A stretch of DNA of 64,000 nucleotides, from contig CDMY01000358.1 in NCBI GenBank assembly GCA_001179505.1, positions 39,162 through 103,161 of the forward strand, written 5' to 3'. Both the position numbers and the translations under genes were made by a program. Within the stretch, counting starts at the first letter, position 1; every line of letters begins with the position of its first letter. Positions 11,201 through 24,665 of this stretch are shown one piece after another. This DNA comes from Vitrella brassicaformis CCMP3155 (Eukaryota; Protista; Chromerida). The notes below the pieces were generated by a model. It saw only the letters and a list, made by a program, of their open reading frames with translations, ran no database searches and had not been told where the DNA came from.

Positions 11201-14200
11201 AGGGCAGGCACATGGCAGCCTTGGCCGACACGCCCTCTATCGCCTTGGGACGCACCAGCGGGGGCTCACCGTTGAAGATGATGGACAGGACTGACTTGGG
11301 CAGCAGCTTGGTGCGACCGTCAGACACGCTCAGGGGGTCGATGCCGCCCTCCCAGCTGCCGAAGCCATTCAGCTGCCGAGACATACTCCTCTTCCAATCC
11401 TGAATGAAAGCCGACAGAGGAGGGGGGAGNNNNNNNNNNNNNNNNNNNNNNNNNNNNNNNNNNNNNNNNNNNNNNNNNNNNNNNNNNNNNNNNNNNNNNN
11501 NNNNNNNNNNNNNNNNNNNNNNNNNNNNNNNNNNNNNNNNNNNNNNNNNNNNNNNNNNNNNNNNNNNNNNNNNNNNNNNNNNNNNNNNNNNNNNNNNNNN
11601 NNNNNNNNNNNNNNNNNNNNNNNNNNNNNNNNNNNNNNNNNNNNNNNNNNNNNNNNNNNNNNNNNNNNNNNNNNNNNNNNNNNNNNNNNNNNNNNNNNNN
11701 NNNNNNNNNNNNNNNNNNNNNNNNNNNNNGAGGGTGGAGGCGGCACACACATACAGCCATGGAAGTGAGTGAATGAGTGATGCCCGTCTGTCTGTCTGTC
11801 TGTCTGTCTGCGCCTCCCTCACTGTGCCGTGCAGTGCAGTGCAGTGCCTGTGTGTGGTGGTGACTGTGCTGTGTCTGTCGTTATGCCTGTGTGTTTGACC
11901 CACCTGGAATTGGCTGAGCTCCGACTCATCGACGGCCCGACTGCCGGATATGCCTCCCCTGGGCGCCGCAGCCTCCGCCCTGCCCCACGGGCGCTGGCCG
12001 ACCCCATTGACGCCCTCGTGTGTGTGGTGTTGGTTGGTGGTGGTGGTGTCATCGCCGTCCTTGAGGGGCGCGTTGAGGCTGGCCATGACGGGGTGATGGT
12101 GGCACAAGATGGTCGTGTAGTCGATGGCCTTGGGACGCACACACGTCAGGTCGTCATGATCCATCGACACACACTCCACCTCAGGATGGTCACCCACATC
12201 GCCGTTCAGCACCGCCGCACCGGCGGGGCCGCATCCCTCGCCCTCTAGCGCACTCTGGCCACCCATGGCCCCTCCTGGCTGCTCACCACCACCACTACCA
12301 CCAGCGGCAGCGGCAGCGGCAGACTCGGACACATCCATTGGGCGAGGGGCGGGGGATGCCGCTAGATCCGCACCGTTGGCAGGGTGGTCGTTGGGTGGTG
12401 GTTGGGGCGGTATTGGTTGTTGGTTGTGGGTGGTGGGTTTGCGGAGGGAGAGTGCCTTGTGTCGTCCGATGGCATCCTCGCCGTTGCACCAGTCTTGGAA
12501 CCACGTGAAGGGCACCCATGTCCTGTCGTCAAGCATCTCGGAGATGAAGTCCTCCCTCTTCTTGACCAGGGCCGGCCGCCTGACGTCGGGGTCCTCCAGC
12601 CGCAAGGTGACATCCTTGTCGCGCAGCTTGCGGCCCAGGCTGCCAATGGCCTTGTCAATGGCCTCGTCCACACTGTTCACCTCACTCTTGCGGTGCTCGA
12701 CAAATGCCTCCGCCTTGACCTTCTGACGGTTGTACTCCTCCTGTGAGTAGACAACACACACAGCAGACAGGCAGACAGCCAAATGAGAGGACGAAGGTGC
12801 AATGCAAACGGTGCCTCCCTCCCTCCCTGCCTGCCTGCCTGCCCGCCTGCCTCCCTCCGACATGCATGTATGTATGTATGTATGTATGTGGGTTGTCGGA
12901 TACATACAGATGTACACACACACCTATACGTACGGTACGTATACACATCCAATAAATACCTGGTCCCTGACGAGTATGCCGTTCTTTTCCTGGACGACCT
13001 CCTGCACCTCTGGCGGCAGCTCAGCCTTGTCCATCGGCTGCCAGTCGCGACGCTTATACAGGATGAGATAGGCCTTCTGGCTCGAGTTGAAGCGCCGCTT
13101 GGCCGCAGTGGGATGGTCGTCGGACACGACGTCCTTGCGCTGTTTGTTGCGTGGCGGGTTGCGCCGCGGCCGGGGCCCGCCTGGTGGACCACCACCACCA
13201 CCACCGTCACCTCCACCTCCCTCGACGGGTGGGGCCTCCTCGTCCATCGGTAAGGGGTCCGACGGCTGGTCAGGGTCAGAGGCGATCGGCCCGGGCGGCC
13301 CATCATCGCCGTCCACACCTCCTGGCTGGTGGTCCACGTCTCCATCACCACCACCATCAGCAGCAGCGGCAGCGGCAGCGGCAGCGGCAGGTTCGGTGTC
13401 AGGGAGGGTGACGTTCTGTGCGACCTCCTCGTTGGATCGGAAGCAAAGCTTCTTCTCCTTGACGGTTGTGTCGTCATACTCGACCCACTTCCAGGGACCA
13501 GTGTACTTGACTGGCCGGTCCAGCGGGGCGTCCTCGCTGGCCATCTCGTCGTCTCCTCCCCCCGCCTTGTCCTTCTCGGCCTTCGCCCTGCCCTTCTTGC
13601 CTCGCCCGTTGCCGGCGGGGGGTGGGGGGGGGGGTGGAGGCGGTGGGAGGGCAGCCTCTTGCTCCTTCTTGTCCACCTCAGCCTGCTTGCGCTTCTTCTG
13701 ACGGTCGCTCTGGCGCATGCCGGGCATGGCCTCCTGCAGGCCCTCTCCAGGATCGGGCGCATCGGGCTTGACATGCTCATCGATGCCATTGACCTGTTGG
13801 TCGAGGCCGTCTGCACCATCCCCCTCGACGACATCCATGTCGTCTGGCTCCTCCTTGGCCGCCACCGCATCAACGTCCATCTTGACGCCAGCTTCGTGAC
13901 GATCTGCCCCCTCGGCTGGCGGGTGGGTGGGCTGCCCGTCAGCCATGTCATCATCATGGGGCTGGGTGCCACCCTTGTGGCCTCCGTCGGCCCCTCCTCT
14001 GCCTCCCTTGGGCGGGGCACCACCCTTGAGGCCCTGTCCAGGCATGACCGCACGTGCGGGCTGCGGTGCCTCGTCCACCTCGGCCTCGAGGTCGATGACC
14101 GGTGGCTGCCGAGGGGGCCGGTGTGGCGAAGAGGGCGAGAAGAAGTCTTGAATGGTGGGTTGGCCGGGGGAGCGCTCGTCGGAGTCCCTGGCCTTCTTCT

Positions 14201-16589
14201 TCTTGCCCGCCCCCCGCCCCCCGGCCCCACCACCCCCCTTGGCACGCCCCTTGGCGGCTCCCTTCCGCTTGGCCTTGGCCTTGGCCTTGCGACCTCTCTG
14301 CCCCCCCGCAGGTCGGTAGTCGGGGTCGTCATGGCCCTCGCTGTCATCATCGTCCAGACGGATGCAGCCGTCACCACCCTCAGCCGCTCGCACCCCCTGC
14401 CGCTTGCGGCCGCGGCGAGGAGCGGGAGCGCCGTCGAGGTCGAGCGGTGCGTTGTCCTTGACCTTGCGTCGCTTGGGGCCCTTGGCACCGTCGGGGTGGT
14501 CATCGGCGTCATCGTCGGCATCAGCGTCGGCATCATGATCATCATCTCCCTCAGGGTCGTAGTCCTCCTCGTCAACATCTATGTCGATGCCGCCGCCCCG
14601 TTTGTTGCCGCCCTTGTTGCCGCCCTTGGCACCCCGCCTGTTGTCGCCGGGTGGGAGGTTGTCACGTGGGGCGTCCGGGTCGTCTGGCTCGCTGGCAGCG
14701 GCCTTGTCCTTGTCGTAGTGGAGGTCCTTGAGGATGGCGGTGTAGTGTCCATGCTGTGCCGACTGGCCATGGTGCTCGAGTACGCCAATGAGGTCGTACT
14801 CGTACATGCGGTCGTCGGTGACGGGGACAGTCACCGGCGGGCCGCTGACCTCCCCGTCGGCGAGGACGACGGTGCCGTTGTAGGGCATGACGGCCCGCAC
14901 GACGCCCAGCTTGTTGACGTAGGGCTTGACGTTGATGTACTCGGGGTACTCGACGGAGGTGTTGACCTTCTTGCGCTGCAGCGTCTGGGGGTCGTAGGCG
15001 TACCGCTCCAGACAGACGTGCAGGTACGGCGGCAACACCGTCAGCTGGTTGTACCGGTCGGCGTCCTGCTTGCCCTCGCAGCTACCGCACTCGTACTGGT
15101 TGTCACCCTCCAACGCCTCCTTGTCGAAGATGCGATTCAAACCCACCTCCACCTGGAACGGGGAAGACTTGGCCGCCGCCCCACCACCACCACCCGCCTT
15201 GCCCTCACCAGCAGCAGCTGCAGCAGGGGCCTCCTTGGCCGCCGCCTTGTTGGCCTTCATACGCTTCAAACGGCCGGTGCGATTGGCCATGCCGTTAGCC
15301 AGCTGCTGCGCGTCGAGGTCATCGGCGGCCATGACAGCGGCCTCGCCACCCTCGTGCTGGCCGCCCTTGGCCCCACACTCACCCCCGCCGCCCCCCTGCG
15401 GTCTTTCCCCATCCGTGGGCTGTTGTTGGCCACCCTTGTCGCCACCCTGCTTCCTGGCATTGGCTCGCTTGTCTTGTGCGGGTACGGAGACGCGTAGCTC
15501 CGAGAAGTCCTCCTCTCGGTGTGAGCTGGTCTTGCATCCGCGGCAGGTCGTGACGCGCTGCATGGTGCCCTTGAAGAGGTCCGGGACGATGTTGCGGTGG
15601 CGGGCCTTGCGGAGATCCTCCTCCAGATGGGTCAACAGCAGAGTCGCAAACTCGGTCGCGTCCTCCTGGTTCCCCGTCTCGATCTTGAGCGCCTCAGCCA
15701 CCTCACTCGGGTCAGTACTCGACGCGTGACCTGGGACGTACAGACCACGGCAACACACACACACACACACACACGTATGTATAGGCGACACACGATCTGC
15801 GATCCGTCTGTTTGTTTTGTTGCCTGCGATGCGCAGCGCACGTACCGTCCTGGAGCAGCCCAAACAAATTCTGGAGTGGTATGAGCACATCTCGCTGCTT
15901 GTCAACGTCCGTCCATGTCGTTCGGTCCCGAGGCACACGCAGCAACCGGACGGAGAAATCGGTATTCTGACACGACACACATACGCACACTCGTATGCAC
16001 CAACAGCCCCGGAGGGCATCAATCGGATGTATGTATGTATGTATGTATGCGTGTGAGGGGCATCCCACCCTCCCACCCACCCACCATATGCAGGTATTGC
16101 AGGAACGAGTTCATGTAGCAGGTGGCGCCAAGATTGCGCAGACCAACATACCTGCACACAACCACACAGACAGACACACAGTGGCTGGCTGGCTGGCTGC
16201 ATGGCCCCGAGCCACCCACCCACATAGATACAGCCGACACCGGCCACCCACCACAGCCACCCACCAGTGGGTGCCCTCCCTGCCCACCCCACCTTCGCTC
16301 CGTCGTACCTACCTGCATCTTCGGATGGAGTTGGTAGGATCATTGCCGACGAGCTCCTTCAGGATGCCATTCTTCTTCCACAACTTGCCCTTCTTGTCGT
16401 AACGCAGGCTCAGCGGATTCTGGCTGTCCTTCCGAGCCTTGCTCGTCGACGGCAACTCACTGCCACACACACGCACACATCAACAAACCCGTCAGTGCGC
16501 ATCCCGTGCACCTCCCTCGCCGTCTGTAGCCACCTGTTGAGGTTGTACGCGTCGATGACGGCTGACGTCGTCGCCAACTCACGAGCCAT
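8257..16589 (-). CDS. USP48: Ubiquitin-specific protease (C19), USP48/UBP26-like, with DUSP-like segments and a C-terminal UBL-like region
   Basis: Cys box YVGLRNLGATCYMNSFLQYL, QEDATEFATLLL, zinc fingers TCRGC and YECGSC, His box GVLEHHGQSAQHGHYTAILKD, WVEYDDTTV, KAYLILYKR, DUSP-like WVPFTWFQDW, IICEHG and YFLLDGKWF, and a terminal GFKGSAL resembling the USP48 GFKGTGL tail. Start codon is approximate; one N-gap lies inside the gene. Confidence 0.88.
11430..11729. other. Assembly gap (300 N) within the USP48-like gene
   Basis: Run of N bases seen directly. Confidence 0.99.
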
Positions 16590-17135
16590 CGGCGGCGCCG
16601 GGACGTGCACACTCAAACAAAGGCGCTACGGGATGTCAGCATGTCGCATAGAGGCGTTTCAACACAGATCTCTGTCATTCACTATCCGCAAGGGATGATC
16701 GATCTCCACTTTTTGGTGCTTCCGCGAAACCAGTTCGGTGTTCCAGTGTGTTAAGTCATTGATTGATTGGATGACAACAAGGACGGCAAAACGGGACATA
16801 CATACATGAACACGAGTGCACAGGGGTCGATGCAGAGTAGATAGATGAGATGCTCCCTCAGGAAAAAACCAACCATATGAATGGGTCTGACTCAACACTC
16901 ACGCACACGCGCACGGACCATTTCTGTCTGGTGGAGGCATTTCGTCCCCCCATCCATCCATCCATCCATCCACCCACACAGTCCGTCGACGAACCAGCCA
17001 TGCACCGAGCCGAACCACCAACACGACGGTACGGACGTCCCCTACCCAACCAACGCATGACAGACAACTGACTGACCTGTACGTATGTATGTATGTATGT
17101 GCGCATCTCCTCACCTCATCGTTGTCTATATGTAT

Positions 17136-18120
17136 CTAGTCGGATGTCTGTTCTTCTCTACCCCGCGCCTCACTATCGGAAATCCCTGTGCTGCCCCCTT
17201 TCTCCTGTCCACCCTCTCCTCCCTCGTCCCCGTCCTTTTCCCCCTTGTCTGGGTCCTGAGACCCTGCCGTAGCCGACCTTAGCGCCAAAGGCAGGGGACA
17301 CAGCAGCCACAACAGGAACAGCGCAGCCAAAGCTACTGCTTTGTTCGTCACCCCTCTCCGCCCTTGCCGCTTGTCCCGGCCTCTCAAGACGGCTATCCAC
17401 ACCGCAGCCAAGCCAGTCCACGCAGCGTGAATGACGGCAGAGGTCGCCGAGGACGTCAGCCGCACTGCCAGCGACGAGCAACTTACGGGGGAACGGGTGC
17501 TGCTCGAGGGGGACGGGGACGACGACGGGCAAGAACGGTTTAACGCACGGCCCTCGTACGTCTGATTGAATGAACCGACAGACCAACAACAACACACGCA
17601 CAGACGCAGGCAGGGACCACACACCAACACACGCACAGTGAGAGTACGGGTGGGTGCGGCGCACTAGCCCCCCCGTTCTTTCTGTCTGTATCCGTGTATG
17701 CATATGGTTGGTCCTACGTACGTACCTGGTCTGTGCAAGTCGAGTTGTCCCTGTCTGTCTGTCTGTCTGTCTGTGTGTGTGTATGTATGTGTGTGTGTGT
17801 ATGTATGTGGTTTGGGTGCGGCTGTGCGTCCCTTAGTTTGTACGTACCTGGACGAGAAAGGTGACGGTTCGGCTTTGGCCGATGGCCTGTCGGGCATTGA
17901 AGAGCCAGCTCTTTCTTGCGTTTGCTTCGGCGGGCTGTTCATGGGCGCTGGTGGTGGCCGTGCTGCTAGTAGCTTTGTCGCGATGTCGGGTGAAGAGGGC
18001 GAGTGTGTGTCCCCCCCTTTGCCGCGTGTCCCAGTACCCCTCTCTGCCCTCTCTTTGTCTCCATGACGGCAGCTCCTCGATGCTCAGCTCCTTGTGCTCG
18101 TCGATGGGCGGGAGGGCCAT
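17136..18120 (-). CDS. Hypothetical protein, possibly a small membrane protein
   Basis: [23 protein letters not shown]...TFLVQ ends at a GTACGT donor. The downstream exon (~17573-17136) in the same phase has two hydrophobic stretches ([38 protein letters not shown]). A possible 25-nt exon near 17725-17749 would change the frame. Confidence 0.4.
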
Positions 18121-18275
18121 ATGTATTGCCGGGGATAGATAGATAGAACCGTGGGTGGGATGGGCTGCCCGCTCGATGAGCTGTCCTCTCCTCTCCTTCC
18201 CCTCCTCGCTTCTTTACCACTCTCACTCACAACCAAAAACAAACAACACCATACACCCTCCCATTTCGTCCCGAA

Positions 18276-21200
18276 ATGCGCGCTCAAAGGCTCGCCAACC
18301 ACCGTGGCATGAAAAGATTGTGGGTTGTGTGTTGTTTGTGTGTGGGTGTTGAAGCACGAGAGTTGCTCAAGCTGAACAGGAAGGTGAGGGATCATCCGGT
18401 CCATCCACAGACAGATCACGACAGACATGGCATCTGTCAGCATGTCTGGTCGCATTCATCCAGACCGGCACGACACATGCGAATGAGCCTCTTTGCTCCA
18501 TCGAGTATCGGATCTGCATCTGATCTACCTTGTCGCCGCGTCTGCATGTCTTGTGTGTGCAGCTCACCAGCTTCGTTGTGTCTGGGCTGAGGACCTCTGG
18601 TGGGCCTCTGCGGATACGCCGCCACTTCAAAAGTAGACCAGGTATGCCAGCCAGCCAGTGCACATGACGAATCGACCGACCGTCGGACAGCGAGCACGAC
18701 ACTCCACTCGCTCACAGCGAGTGGCCCGCCACATGCACATGACATGACGTACTCGCGTGTGGGTGTGTGGTGTGTGGGTGTGTGGTGTGGTGTGCAGGTG
18801 CGAGTGTGTCAGGGCGACCCCCTGTCGCAGATATGTCGAGGAGCCTGCTCGACTACGGCTTCACTGCCCAATCGAAAGGTACATACATCCACAGCCACCC
18901 GTCCGAGTGTTTGGTTTCCCGACCACCAATTGCTGGTGTGTCGTGTGGTGTCGTGTGGTGCACCCATATGCACTCAGGTGGTGGCGCGTCGTCGTCGCAG
19001 CAAGCTGGCGACGCAGATGGACAAGACAAGGCGTCCAAGAAAGGTAAATCAAGAAGTGGTGCATACATACATGTAACACGACACCACCCCCTGCCGCTCA
19101 TGCAAGGCGTTCGTTACGTCAGGTGTGGCGAAGGGTAGCAGTGCAGCGGCGGCGGCAGCGGCGCCACCCAAAGGCAAGAAGCGCGCCAAGCCTCAAGGTC
19201 GAAAATGCTGGGAGGGAGGGAGGGAGGCAGGCAGGCAGGGAGGGAAACACATAACAAACACCCACTCGCCCAGTGCAGGAAGGACAGGCAGACTGCCTGT
19301 CTGTCTGTCTGTCTGTCTGTCTGTCACAAGTAGAGCGCTGGATGGATGCAACTGTCTGTCTGTGCAATGTGTTTGGTGTGTTGTTTGTGTTGATGCCCAT
19401 CCCATCCCATCCCTCAGTGTCTGAGGAGGATGAAGCCGACGTGACCCCCGAGCACAAGGGCAAGGACGACCAGGACATGGACCAGTCAGATGACATGCAG
19501 GTGGGGAGGGAGCCAAGTCGATACACACAGACATACTGAGCGGGGGAAGTTGTGCACCTCGCATGGCGGGACCTGATGGATGCCGTCCTCTTTATCCTCC
19601 CCATGTGTGTCCCGTGCGTGTGTATCAATCAGGATGAAGGCGAGGATGGTGACATGTTGGCTGGATCGGGTGGTGTGGCATGTGTGGTGGCATCCATTGT
19701 CTATCTGCATCCATCGATTGCATATGCGTGTTTGGTCAGATGAGGTCGAGGACGACTCGGAACGCGAGGGCGACAACGAAGGTGGGTGGCGGGGCAGGGC
19801 TGTGATGGATGGATGCATGGATAGATGGATGGAACAGCCGACTGTCGTGTGGGTGTGGGTGTGTGTGTGTGTGTGTGCAGAGGTTGAGGATGCGTCTGAG
19901 GAGGACAAGGAGGAGCAAGCAGCCAAACGCATCAAAGGTAGGCAGGCAGGCAGGCAAGGGAGGGGGAGACAGATATATATCTATCTGTCTTGTCTGTCTC
20001 CCATCCATCCATCCATCCATACATACATACAGAATCCATCCATCCATCCATCCATCCATATGTATGTATGTATGTATGTATACCCTTGTCTGTCCCCCAC
20101 CGCACGTGCGGTGTGTGCGTCCCTTGATTGCTTATTAGTGTCAGGAGATTCGAAGCAGGGCAAGGCGGTGCTGAAGAAGGCCAAGGCTTCGGCCAAGAAG
20201 AAGGGCACCAAGAAGGCAGCGGGTGGCAGCGGGGCGCAGTCAGTCTTCGCCATCAACGTCACCAAGACACTCGACAAGGACCAGGACGCTGCTGACGCAA
20301 AGGACATCCAATCTCCCAAATTCGACCCCTCGCACTTCAATGTCGACGACTACAAGCACAAAAAGGACGGAAAGGGACTCAAGTAAGGAAACCCACCCAC
20401 TGGCCAGCGGGGAAGGAAGAGGTGGAAGGAAGTGGAGAGAGGTGGCAGTGAGCGACGGACGCACAGATGGACAGGCAGACAGACACACGCACAGACAGAG
20501 AGACAGAGAGACAGAGAGACAGCACCTCGACGGCGAGTAGAATGGGAAGGAGAAGAGGCCACAAGAGAAGGGCTCTCGGTCACCTTGGGTTTGGCCACGT
20601 TGTATAAATCAATGTGTGTAGGTATTGTCTGATAGCCGAAGCCTTCGACAAGATTGACGCGCTGAAAGGCAGCGGTTCGTCATCCAAGAAGATGTCAAAC
20701 GCCATACTCACAAACCTATTCAGGTGAATGTCATCAAACAAATCAAATCGGGTCGGAACCCTTCGATCGACATAAATGTAGAGTAGACAGCCAGAAATAT
20801 AGGGAGGGAGGGAGGGAGGGAGGGCTCACAAGCTCCGCCTCTGCCAGCACGAAGCATTGAGTGTATGACTCAAATCGGCCGTGTGGTTCTTCTTTGTATG
20901 TGATTGTCAGGATCTTCATAGTGCACTGCCCCGGAGAGCTCAACGATGCTGTGTACCTCTGCATGAACAAGTACACACCACCCACTGAATGAATGCACCA
21001 TCCACCCACCGCTTGTATCCGCCTGAGCCCGCCAATTGTCTCTCTGTGTGTGCCATCCATCCATCTACTCACCCCAATGATTGAATCAAGAGTTGCCCCG
21101 GACTACGAGGTACGCACGTGCATTGCATGCGTCCTGCCGAGCTGCCACCCTCCCTCCCGTATGGCTGCCACATCTGTGTGTCAATATATTGTGTGTATCA

Positions 21201-24200
21201 GGGGATCGAGCTGGGTGTTGGTGACTCACTCATCATCAAGGCTATATCGGAAATGAGCGGGCGGACAGAAGCACACATCAAGAAAGGTATGCCACCACTC
21301 GACACGCGCTCTATCCATTGATTGACACACGAGAGCTCTTGTGTGGGCCCAAACGTCTGGGCATCCCTTTCTGCCTGCCTGCCTGCCTGTGCCGTGTGTC
21401 CAGACGCAGAAGCGCTAGCTGATTTGGGTCAGCTGGCAGTCACGTCCCGCCAGACGCAGCGCATGCTCTTTCAGCCCGAACCCCTCGCCGTCCGCAAAGT
21501 GCTCGAGAGCTTCCGGGCCATCGCCAAAATCAGCGGAAACGATGCCCAAAAGCGAAAGAAGGACAAGGTAGGTAGGGCAGCTGAGCTGGGTGGGTGGGCC
21601 TCCTGAAGCCACATACACGTGGTTGTCACACATGTGTGTTTGCGTCTGTGTGTACATGTGGGTGTCAGGTCAAAGGTTTGCTGGTAGCTTCGAAGGGCAG
21701 CGAAGCCAAGTATATCGTCCGCCACCTTCAAGGCAGGCTCCGGATTGGCGTTCAAGCCGCATCCATCTTCTCGGTATGTCTGACATCAACCAAACCCACA
21801 CGACACAACACAACACAGTCACTCACAACGCAGTGGGTGCGTATGTCGTCTGTCTGTTACTTATGCGCACATCCATCTATCCGTCCGTCCGTCCGTCCAT
21901 GTGTGTATTGCAGTGTCTCGGCCAGGCCTTCGCCCTGACATGCCCAGCTGTGTCAGACGAGGACGCTGTGGGCGATGTCCGACGCAAGAGCCGCACGGAC
22001 ACCAAGGTGAGAGAGACGTTGTGTCTGTCTGCGTGTAGCGCGGCCATTCATTCCGTGGTCGATGTCTGTGTCTATCGCCCACAGGAGCTGAACCAGCGGC
22101 TGACGGCCTATGACGATGCGGTCCGAGCAGCAGCGTGCGAGTGCCCAAACATAGACATCATCGTCGATCACCTGATCCAAGGTATGTACGTACGTACGTA
22201 CGTACGCAGGCGTTGACAAATTCTCAACACACACTCTGTGCGTGGATCTACCGGGCTGCACAACAGGGACGGACGCGAGCGAGCTGCCCGACAAGTGCCA
22301 AGTCCAGCCAGGCCTCCCCGTCAAACCAATGCTGGCCAAACCCACGAAAGGTGCAAGCGCACTTGTGCCACTGGCCTCCGGTAACTCACACTCGATAGGT
22401 AACGATTGCTCCTGCCTGTCTCAGGCATATCTGAGGTGCTGGATCGTTTCTCGGAGTGCAATTTCACGTGCGAATACAAGTACGACGGAGAGCGGCTGCA
22501 GGTGCATGTGGTTGACAGAGGAAATGACCTACCGGATATCAGGTGCAAGTGACAGCTTTCGTTGACAAAGGCGCCGGCGGAAAGGCTTCTTTCTTTCGAC
22601 AGGTTCTTCTCTCGGAGCTCGGAGGACCTCACCACCAAGTACCCGGATGTAAGCACTCGTGCTGCCGTGAAGCCCCATCAACCCTCTATGCACATTCCAC
22701 CTCCTGCGTGCAGGTCGAGTCCGCTGTTCGCGAACTGCTGAAAGAGGTACGGATGGGTACGGATGGTGCGAGAGGTCGCATACAGCGGCAGTCTCGCAGT
22801 CTCTCATCTGTGGCTGCATCCCGCAGGAGACGAAGTGTTGCATACTGGACTGCGAGGTGACATGTCGGACACATGCGAAAGGCTGGAATGAGGGACGGCG
22901 ACACGAGAGTTTGCATGCCCCGTGTGTATAAGGTTACCGCGTTTGATGTCGAATCGAAGACCATCCTGCCATTTCAGCATCTCGCCACCCGCAAGCGCAA
23001 GGATGTGAATGAAGAGGTGAGGTCAGGGTGTGAATCAGGACGTAGATGGCTGTCTCCTCATCTCCCATCTACCCCCCACAGAACATCACAGTCAAGACCA
23101 AGATTCACCCATTTGACTGTATCTACTACAACGGGCAATCTCTGGTCCGGCATCAATTCAAAGAAAGGTGAGGACACAAGAGGGGTGGTGCTCAGCCTTG
23201 CGGTGGCTGCGTGTCGTGCAGGCGCGAGTGCATGTGGAAGTGTCTCACTGAAGACCCTAACAGAGCGGAATACGCAAAGTAAACAAGGGCCTTGAACACC
23301 GAGGCCCACTCGGTAGTGATGTGCATGTGTCCACTTTTGGGTGTGCATCCTGTCATCAGGTTCAAAGACCTTGATTCAATGGAGGATGTTCAAGCCTTCC
23401 TCGACGAAGCAGTCCGAAGTGAGCCGCGTCTCTGCACTCTCTTCCTTCGTGCCCGGACGGCGTGGCCTCTATGAATTGTGTCTTCGCCTGTACTCCCAGA
23501 CCACTGTGAAGGATTGATGGTGAAGTCACTGGATGATCATGCGACATATGAGCCCTCAAAGCGATCCCTCAATTGGCTGAAGATCAAAAAAGACTACATA
23601 GAGGTGGGTTGAACGATACTTCACGTTACCACATGGTGGTTCTCTCTCCATCGGCCTTTTCCCTGATCCAGGGGATGACGGACTCGATCGACGTTATCCC
23701 TATTGGGGCCTTCCACGGGAAAGGCAAACGACAGGTACGTTATTCATCGGGCCATCCCGACCTTCTGGGTATCCCCTGCCATCTTTCTCGCAGGGAGTGT
23801 TTGGAGCCTACCTTCTCGGTAACCCGCAGACTGCCGATGTCGAACAGCATCAATGTGTCTCTATGTGTGTGGTTCAGCCGTGTACGATGCACAAGGCGAT
23901 CAATACGAGACCATATGCAAAGCAGGGACTGGCTTCTCTGACGAGGCCCTCGAGAAGCATTCGCAAACGCTGAAAGAGCACATCGTCGACCAGAAACCCA
24001 CATACTACAAGGTCAGCCAATCAATAGACGCATCTGTGCATTATGTGCCTTGTCCAAATTGGATTCAGGTGACGGACAAGCAGCCGTGCGACGTGTGGTT
24101 CAAACCTGTGGAGGTAACCGCACCCGACGACTACAATGCAAATGTAGCATGCGACAGTTGAATGCGGCAGGTATGGGAGATCAAAGGAGCCGATATGACC

Positions 24201-24482
24201 CTCTCGACGGCCCACACAGCTGCCTCGGAACTGAGAAGCGACTCAAAGGTGAATGAACGAGCAAACATCTCGTCCAGTTCATACCGCCTATGACAGGGGA
24301 TTGGGCTCCGGTTTCCTCGCTTTCTCCGAATCCGAGACGACAAGAATCCGGATGACGCAACAACTTCCGAACAGGTGAGGCAGAAGCTTCTGCACCATTA
24401 CGGACAACCAATTCTTCCGCTTCTTCCGTTAAAGATCCTCGAACTTTACGACGCCCAGTTCACCAAGAAGAAGAAAGAGTGA
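18276..24482 (+). CDS. LIG1: DNA ligase I (ATP-dependent, LIG1/CDC9), many exons; internal Met at 18833 (probable nuclear start) plus an upstream in-frame leader
   Basis: [44 protein letters not shown], adenylation motif [80 protein letters not shown]; stop TGA at 24480-24482. Confidence 0.96.
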
Positions 24483-24506
24483 TCATAATTGTAGTGTTGT
24501 GGGGCC

Positions 24507-24548
24507 AGTGTAAGTAGCATGTCGAGGAGTGTAAGTAGCATGCCGAGG
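24507..24548. repeat. Two tandem 21-bp copies (AGTGTAAGTAGCATGYCGAGG) in the LIG1/ASCC3 tail-to-tail spacer
   Basis: Direct reading; the copies differ at one base. Confidence 0.8.
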
Positions 24549-24665
24549 TGTAGAAACTTCACACTGATTCTGTACTGTATAATCTTACTGTATACTCCTA
24601 TGTACAATCACTGGAACGAGGGTCTCGTCAGTTAGGAAAGACACGAATGGAATGAATGGAAAGTC

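Noticed and set aside
9537-15497. Long plus-strand ORFs (585 aa, 722 aa) antisense to the USP gene
   Set aside because: Shadow ORFs expected opposite GC3-rich coding sequence; no motifs.
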